The notes under the pieces: model-generated
What the model saw: the letters and a program-made list of their open reading frames with translations, nothing else
Told to the model about the DNA's origin: nothing
The model's database searches: none
Part shown: positions 18,947 to 26,080 of the stretch, piece after piece
Numbering within the stretch: position 1 is the first letter of the stretch
Layout of the letters: every line of letters begins with the position of its first letter
Assembly (NCBI GenBank): GCA_965555375.1
Contig: CBEWDL010000002.1
Span: 1 to 45,977, forward strand
Direction of reading: 5' to 3'
Source of the DNA: an uncultured bacterium
GTDB lineage: Bacteria > Zixibacteria > MSB-5A5 > UBA10806
DNA length: 45,977 nucleotides
Translations under genes and position numbers: made by a program

Positions 18947-18975
18947 GTTGCCGCTAATGGGATGTTAGCGGAAAC
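18947..18975. repeat. 29-bp palindrome family, site 1
   Basis: GTTGCCGCTAA-TGGGATG-TTAGCGGAAAC. The arms pair at 10 of 11 positions around a 7-bp spacer. Confidence 0.8.
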
Positions 18976-19015
18976 GCCCCCTGTTTTATTGCCCAATTTT
19001 CTCTAATAATTGCAT

Positions 19016-20356
19016 CTACCATAGCCCCGGCTCCCAACGGATTCGATCCTCGATAAAGTGAAATTTCACCGCGCACTCGGCACCCTTGCGCTGCTTTATC
19101 AATAATTCTGCGTTGACTCCGGTCGGAGGATTATGCCGGGGCGGTTCATTATTCTCATCGCTTTCCCCTGGATAGACCCTGTGAATGAATATGATCGTAT
19201 CTGCGTCTTGCTCCAGTGCCCCGGAATCCCGTAAATCCGAAAGCTTCGGTACGGCCCTTTCGCCCCTTTTTTCGATATCGCGGCTCATCTGCGATATCGC
19301 GAGAATCGGGATATTAAGTTCCCCGGCGAGAACCTTCAGGGCGCGGGAGATCATCCTGACTTCTTCATTGCGGGAACTGATATTCCTCCCAGCACTCATC
19401 AATTGCGAATAGTCGATTATCAAAAACTCGATTTTATGGTTCAGACGCATCCGCGTCGCGATTGATTTCAGCTTTGTGATATTGACATCAGAATAATCGC
19501 AGATATAAAGCGGTTTCGATTCAAACTTATCAATGGCCTCATCAATTTTCGCCCAGCCTATATCACTTAGGGTTTCATTCGGCGTTTTGGGAATCGGTGC
19601 GTCAGCCCAATAGGAGACAATCCGCTTAGCATTCTCCAAGGCTTTCATCTCCATGCTTATGAAGCCAACAGTGATGGATTTCTCGATGAGGTTTTCGGCG
19701 ATGTTCAGGGCGAAAGCCGATTTCCCGGTTTTGGGGCGGGCCGCCAGAATGATTAATTCCCCGGCATGGAGTCCACCAATGCTATTATCCAGATCCGAAT
19801 ATCCTGTCATCAAACCTGTTCTTCTTCCAGCTTTCAAGCTTTCGATCTCTTCTTTCATTTCCGGAGCGATATCGGCCAGAGAAACAATGCTCTGCTTTCC
19901 GTTCGAAGACATCAGGCGCAATAGAGCCTTTTCGCATGATTCGATTATTTCATCTGTCGATCGCTCAGTACCGGCACAGGTGGAAACGATCTCTTTTCCA
20001 ATCGATTCCAGTTTCCTTCTGGTAGACGCCTCGATTATCAGTCTGGCGTGGTCGGCGGTGTGTCGATAGCTAACAACCGATTGGACAATATCCAAAAGAT
20101 AACGCATCCCCCCAATATCATCGTAGGCACCCATTTTCTTGAGCTCATCGGGAACGGTGATGAGATCTACGGCCTTAGATGAGCCATAAAGGGTTTCCAC
20201 GGCGGTGAAGATTTTTCTGTGTCGTGCTGAGTAGAAATCGTCCGGCTGCAGCATTTCCAGGACTATATGCCGAGCCTCCTCATTCTACAGGATTGCTCCC
20301 AAAACTTCTTGCTCGGCCTCTATCGCTTGTCGCCTGTCGAAGTCTGCCTTACTCAT
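19016..20356 (-). pseudogene. dnaB: replicative DNA helicase DnaB with an in-frame TAG at codon 24
   Basis: The ATG at 20356 overlaps the loader-gene stop (ATGA) and encodes MSKADFDRRQAIEAEQEVLGAIL. A TAG follows at 20285-20287, then NEEARHIVLEMLQPDDFY continues in the same frame into the 412-aa ORF. That ORF has Walker A GKSAFALN and a RecA-like core. Confidence 0.8.
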
Positions 20357-21060
20357 TTCGACATCCTGTAGTCTTTTCCATCGAGCTTAATGATCAAAGC
20401 ATCGTGCAATAGGCGTGAAATCAGCCTGTCGCCCAGCTTCAGAGCAAGATCCCGATAACTAAAATTTGTGGTTATGATCGTTGGCAGGCATCGATTATAG
20501 CGTCTGTTAACAATCAGGTAAAACACCTCACGAACCCATTCCGTCGCTTTCTCCACACCTAAATCGTCGATTATGAGATACGGAACGCGTGAATGTTTGT
20601 CGGTTATCTCTGCTGTCGCAATCTCGCAATCGGGATCAAAAGTCTCTTTGATCTGGTATAGAAGATCTACTCCGGCTATGAATAACACTCGTTTCAACGA
20701 ATCCCGGATGATTCGCTTTGCCAACGATACAGCCAGGTGTGTTTTGCCGACTCCGACCTTGCCGGATATGAATACATTCCTCGATTCGTCAGCCTTTTGG
20801 CTGTAATCGATAAGATCCCTTACTGCCTTCTCTTGCGAACTTGTATGCGTTTTATAATTATCAAACTCCATTGCGAGTAGCCGCTTCTCAAAGCTGCAAT
20901 CTCGAATTAGATCCCGAATGAGCCTGTTTTTCGAACATTCCGTGCAATACTCCGGTGGCTCCCGCCAAACCTTGTGTTGCTCATCGAAAACTGCGGCGAT
21001 AACGCTTCTGCAACCTTTGCACTTGCGATCCTGATATGGATTTGACTCAGATTTGGTCAT
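20353..21060 (-). CDS. DnaC/IstB-like AAA+ helicase loader with an N-terminal Cys4 cluster
   Basis: Walker A GKVGVGKTHL, Walker B LIIDDLG, and CKGC...CTEC near the N-terminus. Confidence 0.85.
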   Translation of the reverse strand: MTKSESNPYQDRKCKGCRSVIAAVFDEQHKVWREPPEYCTECSKNRLIRDLIRDCSFEKRLLAMEFDNYKTHTSSQEKAVRDLIDYSQKADESRNVFISGKVGVGKTHLAVSLAKRIIRDSLKRVLFIAGVDLLYQIKETFDPDCEIATAEITDKHSRVPYLIIDDLGVEKATEWVREVFYLIVNRRYNRCLPTIITTNFSYRDLALKLGDRLISRLLHDALIIKLDGKDYRMSK

Positions 21061-21886
21061 ATTTATCTAAATCTCCATCGTCGCCAGCAGCCTTGATTTC
21101 TTTCTGGTTTAGGTAACCTTCGAATTTTTCTGAGTACAGGGTTGCCGGTTTGAGATTTCCCACCATCTTAGGATTATTCCCCCATTCCCGAATCTTCTTT
21201 GAATTCACTATTAAAAAATTTTCAAGACAGAATCCCTCTTTGAATCTGGCCTTGATAAGCCTTTGGGTTAATTTCGCAGTTGGTGAGAATCGGGTCCCCA
21301 GCTTTTTATTCAGATCGTCGATAATTGCTTTGAAGGGAATTCCATTGTCGGAACGGACTGCATGTTTTTTGCCCGACAATAATCCTTCGTTAGAAGAATT
21401 AATTAATGGAATAGGAATAGGAATAGGAGAAGGGGCATTGCGGATTTCCGATTTCCGCATTGCGACCCGCATGCCGTCCGCATTGCGACCCGCATTAACT
21501 CCTTGTCCTCGTTTCTTTTGCCAGCGTGCTTTCGCAGCCTTTTGAGCAGCTTCTTTTCTTTCGGGTGCAAAATAAGCAAACGGATTGTGATCTTTCCAGT
21601 CGTGTAATGCCAAATCTCCGTTTTCAAGCTTGTCAAGAAGTCTCAGTTCAATCAGAAAATTAATTAGATCAGTACATTGCTCAGTTGTTCCGTCCGGGAA
21701 ATTCATGGCGATCGCAATATCGTCCATGTCCATATTGGTTAGAATCCCCTTGGGCCTGTTCTCCGCCGTCCAACCCCAGAGACGAAATAACCGGATGAAT
21801 CCTTCCTCGTAGCCTTTTTTGCGGATCAGCTTTTTTATTTTCGGGTGATCGAGGACTCCCGTATTTATCCTGAAATCGGCGGTCAT
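21047..21886 (-). CDS. phage replisome organizer / replication initiation protein (Phg_2220_C-type C-terminus)
   Basis: The C-terminus IIDDLNKKLGTRFSP....LIKARFKEGFCLENFLIVNSKKIREW......LKPATLYSEKFEGYLNQ matches the conserved phage C-terminal domain, as I remember it. Confidence 0.8.
   Translation of the reverse strand: MTADFRINTGVLDHPKIKKLIRKKGYEEGFIRLFRLWGWTAENRPKGILTNMDMDDIAIAMNFPDGTTEQCTDLINFLIELRLLDKLENGDLALHDWKDHNPFAYFAPERKEAAQKAAKARWQKKRGQGVNAGRNADGMRVAMRKSEIRNAPSPIPIPIPLINSSNEGLLSGKKHAVRSDNGIPFKAIIDDLNKKLGTRFSPTAKLTQRLIKARFKEGFCLENFLIVNSKKIREWGNNPKMVGNLKPATLYSEKFEGYLNQKEIKAAGDDGDLDKYDQI
21405..21497. repeat. iteron-like repeat cluster inside the organizer gene (candidate origin)
   Basis: (GGAATA)x3 at 21408-21425 and GATTTCC x2 at 21443-21456. 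A 19-bp perfect direct repeat TCCGCATTGCGACCCGCAT occurs at 21454-21472 and 21477-21495. A third GCATTGCG is at 21435. Confidence 0.6.
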
Positions 21887-22191
21887 TTGGGGGCCTCCGA
21901 TAACTCTGGCGAATGATGAGCCAGCACCTCTTCCTCCGGTTTATCTGGCCGGATAATTCTATAGCCCTGACCAGTTGACGAACTGTAGCCCTCTCCTTGC
22001 CAGTCGATTAGCTCGCCGATTTCACCAGCAATGTCAACGATACGACGCCCACTCGACTCAAGGCCGCCAATCCAATCGCGCTCGAGGACAATGGTAGCCC
22101 TGTGAAGTCTTTCGGCGAGAGCTATAGAAATTGTTCTAAAAGACTCTTTGAGTTTTTCTTTTTCCGATGTCATGTTCCCCTCCGATCTCAT
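21883..22191 (-). CDS. hypothetical protein (102 aa)
   Basis: An ORF coupled to the organizer gene by an ATGA overlap. The start may be Met7 (22173). No motif recognised. Confidence 0.6.
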   Translation of the reverse strand: MRSEGNMTSEKEKLKESFRTISIALAERLHRATIVLERDWIGGLESSGRRIVDIAGEIGELIDWQGEGYSSSTGQGYRIIRPDKPEEEVLAHHSPELSEAPK

Positions 22192-22434
22192 CTAATTTCT
22201 TAGAACCTCGTTAAGGCTCCCTTTTAATTTTCTTATGGATGATTGATAGTTGCCCGGTTCTACTCTGGCCTGGCCATTCAGAAACTTGATTGGGTCGTCG
22301 CCAATCTCAGCCCTACTGAAGACAAAAACCCCCTTATGCCCCTCGAGGTCTATGCGAATAAGCCTATGGCCGGATGTTAGTAGGAATGCAGATAGTGCCA
22401 GGTCGGTGGATCTGAATTCGCCGTTGTCTTTCAT
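22192..22434 (-). CDS. DUF5659-like small phage protein
   Basis: FRSTDLALSAFLLTSGHRLIRID..GHKGVFVF....DPIKFLNGQARV......IRKLKGSL fits the DUF5659 pattern. GGAGATGATTAG precedes the ATG. Confidence 0.7.
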   Translation of the reverse strand: MKDNGEFRSTDLALSAFLLTSGHRLIRIDLEGHKGVFVFSRAEIGDDPIKFLNGQARVEPGNYQSSIRKLKGSLNEVLRN

Positions 22435-22565
22435 CTAATCATCTCCAATTTCAGGAGCCGGGCCAGCCCCCGCCATCCCGGCTCCAGGCGATCGCTAAAA
22501 TTCTCACCCAAAGATCAGGGGCTGTCACAACTAACAGTTTTTCGGGGTAATGATAGGGCAGGCAG

Positions 22566-22614
22566 TTAAGCGTAAGGAATTGAATCTTTTTTAGGTCTAT
22601 TCCATTACGCTTAA
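22566..22614. repeat. 15/16-bp imperfect inverted repeat in a 297-nt non-coding gap
   Basis: TTAAGCGTAAGGAAT, an 18-nt spacer, then ATTCCATTACGCTTAA, with one bulged base. Confidence 0.7.
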
Positions 22615-22731
22615 TACATTGGCCCCGAGCGCAGAAATAAACGGGCTGTTATCATTGCGGTAAGGCCAGTTACGGGCATCATTCCGCCAACTTATTTTAT
22701 AAGGGGAAATAAAACTTTTCTTTGTAATATA

Positions 22732-24714
22732 TTACGTTTTCGAGGCGTAATGATTACCGGCACAACGGCATTGAAATAAAATTTTTGAATTTTCGTCACT
22801 ATCTGGGACAATTGGTTTAATTTCAGTCTCCAAAAATTTCTGCAAATACTTATTCAAATTACGCCGTTGTTCTCTATACGTCAATTTAAAGGGAGCATTC
22901 GGCCCATTTGGCCTGCCAGTTTTCCTTGCAATATTCAATAGAATCGTCCATTCCTTCCGAGGTTTTATCTCTTTTTTATCCCGCCTATTATTAAACCCTG
23001 CTTCTCGATAGGTTCGGGTTTCCAGTTCATCCATACCCGGAAGATATAACGATATTGATTCTTCAGATATAAAAGCCCACTCCAAGTCCTCAATCTTCCT
23101 ATCGCAGAGCGGAAATGGTTTAAATTCAATATTTTCCTCATCCTCTAAAACGTCTGCACGTTCTTCGCGTGGCTTAACCAAGTCTCCTTTTTCGCCCTGA
23201 AGTTCATCAAGATGTTTCTTTACCATGCGCGGCAAAACAAGCACGCTTTTAATGAATTCTGAAATATAATTGCTTAGCTCCCCACAGCAAGATTCGAGAT
23301 TTAAGTTGCTGTATTCTGGGGGCCCGCCAATCCAATCCTGATTCACTTTTACCGGCCTGAATTTAAACACTTCATGGAATCTGTCTTCAAATTCGTTTTT
23401 CAATTCGATAAGCAAATCGAAGAGGGCAATATAATATTCCCCCCCTTCTCCTATGAAGTGTGGGTTGACATCAAATACTGGGTATTTTGTGTGTTCCCGG
23501 GATATTCCTGCAATGCTAAATATCAAGTAAGAGGCGCCATTGCCACGCATATCGATTCCAAGAAGACTCGATTGATTAGCAATCGTGGATAACGCCTGGA
23601 TCGGCTCAATAATATACTTTTCAAGCAAAATAAAACGAAGATCACTGCCATATTTCTTGAGGTATTGAATCCTCTCCGATAGATATTCTACTTTATATTC
23701 TAATATTTTTTGAAATTCCTTGATAGTTCCATTTCGATGCGCGCTCCACTGAGAATCAAGCTCTTTGCCCGACATTGTTTTTTGGTGTTCTTGAATACTC
23801 CTTTTCCTGAAATCCTCGACATTTTGGTAGGGTTTGTAGGAAAATCTCTCGTTGAGTCTAAATGCCTTAACGTATATTTCACTTTTATATATTTTCGCTA
23901 TTTCGTTATGAGTATCTTGTACAAAACTCTCCGCCCCGGAATTGATTTCCCCGTATAAATTGTCGTTAATGAGCTCAGAATTTCGTAATTTCTCAATCTG
24001 GGCGATCAACTTGTCGCCTCTATTTTTGCTTTTACTTAACTTCTCTATCTTGTCATCAACTGAAGCTTTCAGAGAATTCTGATCTGTGGAGCTGTTTTCT
24101 GACATCGGGGTTGATTTGTTCTCTATCTCCTTTTGGCCCTCAGGTTCCAGAGTGGCGGGTTGAACGTCGCCAAACGCCTCAAGTTCACGGCGGAAAACAT
24201 CCGGTATCTTCGGGCAATTGCGTTCGATGCAAAGAGCAGCCTTGCGGTCGATCTGCTTTATCTTAAGTCCCATTTCATCATATTCCGATTCTGTAAGAGA
24301 TTCATCGGAATTCACGTCATGAAGCATAGGGTGTTTCATGTTGAAAAATAGGTTTACCATCTCATCACGCGCCTTAAGTCCCCCACCTTGTTCTGACTCT
24401 TTTTTTTCTCCATAATAATATGCAATGGGGGGGTCGGTGGCATTGATGGCATTTTTGAATTTCTCAGGTTTACTCTCAAAAACGGGAGCGCTCAATACAG
24501 ATATATACTGGTCTCTGAATGCAAACATGCTATCTACAAATGTCTTTCTTTTATGCCCATGAGGATCATAAGGATCGGGAGCCAGCGGCTTGCCGCGTTT
24601 GCCGCTATCCCCGACGCGATACCATTCTATGATTGAATATATGAATCCGACTCTTTCACTGACTAATTTAGCGAGATAATGCTTCGATTTTCTCGTTACT
24701 TGGGGGCTGTTCAT
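22732..24714 (-). CDS. orphan 660-aa protein of unknown function (low-GC cargo)
   Basis: An uninterrupted ORF preceded by AAGGAGATATTTAGCCCCC-ATG. I recognise no family motif. The central region is Lys/Glu/Ser-rich. Confidence 0.85.
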   Translation of the reverse strand: MNSPQVTRKSKHYLAKLVSERVGFIYSIIEWYRVGDSGKRGKPLAPDPYDPHGHKRKTFVDSMFAFRDQYISVLSAPVFESKPEKFKNAINATDPPIAYYYGEKKESEQGGGLKARDEMVNLFFNMKHPMLHDVNSDESLTESEYDEMGLKIKQIDRKAALCIERNCPKIPDVFRRELEAFGDVQPATLEPEGQKEIENKSTPMSENSSTDQNSLKASVDDKIEKLSKSKNRGDKLIAQIEKLRNSELINDNLYGEINSGAESFVQDTHNEIAKIYKSEIYVKAFRLNERFSYKPYQNVEDFRKRSIQEHQKTMSGKELDSQWSAHRNGTIKEFQKILEYKVEYLSERIQYLKKYGSDLRFILLEKYIIEPIQALSTIANQSSLLGIDMRGNGASYLIFSIAGISREHTKYPVFDVNPHFIGEGGEYYIALFDLLIELKNEFEDRFHEVFKFRPVKVNQDWIGGPPEYSNLNLESCCGELSNYISEFIKSVLVLPRMVKKHLDELQGEKGDLVKPREERADVLEDEENIEFKPFPLCDRKIEDLEWAFISEESISLYLPGMDELETRTYREAGFNNRRDKKEIKPRKEWTILLNIARKTGRPNGPNAPFKLTYREQRRNLNKYLQKFLETEIKPIVPDSDENSKILFQCRCAGNHYASKT

Positions 24715-24737
24715 GGGGGCTAAATATCTCCTTACAA

Positions 24738-24759
24738 CTTCATAGCCTAAGATTTCCTA
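24738..24759 (-). repeat. 22-bp repeat, copy B
   Basis: It is identical to 18892-18913 and ends 23 nt upstream of the 660-aa gene ATG. Confidence 0.85.
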
Positions 24760-24829
24760 TTCTTCACCTTGCCAAAATCATGCCCTTTTTTTGAGTCCAG
24801 ACAATTTCGTTTATACCCGTTTTCACCCG

Positions 24830-25051
24830 TTATTTCCCCTTCCGGACATGCTCCTTCAGTTGGTCAATAATGTCCTCGACTGAGTGTACCTTCTTGGTGT
24901 TGATGCGGGCAGATTTGAGGAGGTGGACAAGATTCACGAGCAACTCGGTTTTAGTGATTTTTACGCCGCTATCCAAACGAATCCGCGCCGGTAATTCTTC
25001 AAGAACGTTATTGATTTCGTCAGGTAAAAGAAATGTAGCCTTAACAGCCAT
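24830..25051 (-). CDS. small DNA-binding protein, ribbon-helix-helix-like (73 aa)
   Basis: The N-terminal beta-strand-like KATFLLPDEI followed by helices (NNVLEEL...KTELLVNLVHLL) fits an RHH pattern. GGGGGATTAACGC precedes the ATG. Confidence 0.55.
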   Translation of the reverse strand: MAVKATFLLPDEINNVLEELPARIRLDSGVKITKTELLVNLVHLLKSARINTKKVHSVEDIIDQLKEHVRKGK

Positions 25052-25074
25052 GCGTTAATCCCCCTAAAATTACG

Positions 25075-25103
25075 ATTGCCGATAATGCGTAATTAACGGA
25101 AAT
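25075..25103. repeat. 29-bp palindrome family, site 2
   Basis: ATTGCCGATAA-TGCGTAA-TTAACGGAAAT. The arms pair at 9 of 11 positions. It lies 24-52 nt upstream of the RHH-like gene start and overlaps a second inverted repeat, AATTACG-N13-CGTAATT (25068-25094). Confidence 0.75.
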
Positions 25104-25193
25104 GGCCGGAATAAATAAGATCAGGAAGGCCTCCAAATTTCCCACAGGCGGCTGAGCCCGGGAGACCGTATTTGATTGATCGGTAAGTTCGGG

Positions 25194-25226
25194 CAAAAAG
25201 AAAGGGGAGTCGGCAAGGCTCCCCTT
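25194..25226 (-). terminator. intrinsic terminator after the PepSY-like lipoprotein gene
   Basis: An 8-bp stem AAGGGGAG/CTCCCCTT with a 9-nt loop, followed on the - strand by TCTTTTTG. Confidence 0.65.
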
Positions 25227-25280
25227 CGCTATTATCCTTATGTGGATTGGCCTACATTTGAATTGACGGAAGGTGTCAGG

Positions 25281-25856
25281 TCAATTTGTGTCCCACTTGA
25301 GTGGCTCGACAATATTGCCGTCATCATCGATGGTGATCTCACCCGTCTGATCATCTTCCACAAGTTCCGCTTCATAGACATACCGACGAGTGTCGAGCTT
25401 GAAGATGATGACTTTCCCTTTTTCCTTTTTGATCTCAGAAAGAACCTCGGACTCTTCAAGCCGCCTGATCGTGATGCCCTCTGTAGCCTTCTTGATCGCC
25501 TGGGCTGCCGCTTCGGGAAGCTCCTCCATCGTGATGATCGTGACAATATCGATGACCGTGCCGTCCTCGGCCACTTCAATCTCTCCCCTGTCTTCTTTGA
25601 ACTCAATGTCGTAGAGAGTGATCCCGTCTTCCTCAACCACTTCCACAAAATCTATTTCAGCATCTGGAACGTTGGCCTCAATCGCCTCCAAGACTGCGGC
25701 CGGGAGTTCCATTTCGGGCTCTGCTTTCTCAGATTCTTCCATCTCCTGCGTTTCGGCTTGTTCTTTGGATTCCTTCTTGTTACATCCTGCTGGCAGTATC
25801 AATCCAAGGGCCAATAAGACAACAAATCCTAATAAAATCCACTTAGTGCGTTTCAT
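25281..25856 (-). CDS. PepSY-like domain lipoprotein
   Basis: Signal peptide with lipobox LPAGC. Two acidic beta-rich repeats (ITLYDIEF...GEIEVAEDGTVIDI and YVYEAELV...GEITIDDDGNIVE). The antisense 213-aa ORF was rejected. Confidence 0.75.
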   Translation of the reverse strand: MKRTKWILLGFVVLLALGLILPAGCNKKESKEQAETQEMEESEKAEPEMELPAAVLEAIEANVPDAEIDFVEVVEEDGITLYDIEFKEDRGEIEVAEDGTVIDIVTIITMEELPEAAAQAIKKATEGITIRRLEESEVLSEIKKEKGKVIIFKLDTRRYVYEAELVEDDQTGEITIDDDGNIVEPLKWDTN

Positions 25857-26080
25857 CCTAACCTCCTCAAGAAGGTTAATATGGCTACAGATCGGAAAAA
25901 ATCAAGACACAAATGATTGAAAAATACGGATTATGAGTATCCGATCATATGAGCACTTCTTATTGGACAACTTTAGAACTTTTTTGATTGAGTAGTCTAA
26001 TCATCATCAGTTCGAGGATGGACTCGATCTGACAGTTACTGTCTGGATAAATGTTGGTCAGCCCACCTTATGGCTACCTC

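Larger units (their letters stand above)
16743..25190. mobile_element. integrase-less phage/satellite-like replicon island (probably defective)
   Basis: It is bounded on the left by the tRNA-Arg half and on the right by the terminator of the next host-like gene. It contains replication, excisionase-like and phage-DUF genes plus lower-GC cargo. All genes lie on the - strand with overlapping stop/start codons. Confidence 0.55.

Noticed and set aside
20285-20287. Genome- or phage-wide reassignment of TAG as the explanation for the dnaB amber codon
   Set aside because: Only one clearly internal TAG is visible. Host genes in the window and dnaB itself terminate at TAG, and no suppressor tRNA is present. 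A nonsense mutation or a sequencing error is more parsimonious. It is kept only as a low-priority check.
21408-21425. (GGAATA)x3 as a stand-alone microsatellite or slippage site
   Set aside because: It encodes the PIPIPI linker of the organizer protein and is part of the larger iteron-like cluster, so it is not reported separately.
22654-22680. A possible fifth copy of the 29-bp palindrome (ATTGCGGTAA-GGCCAG-TTACGGGCAT)
   Set aside because: The spacer is 6 bp and not 7. Only the inner 4-5 bp of the arms pair. It is too degenerate to count.
25176-25817. 213-aa + strand ORF
   Set aside because: It is antisense to the PepSY-like lipoprotein gene. That gene has a clear signal peptide and lipobox, a repeat structure and a downstream terminator. 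The + ORF is low-complexity and has no motif.
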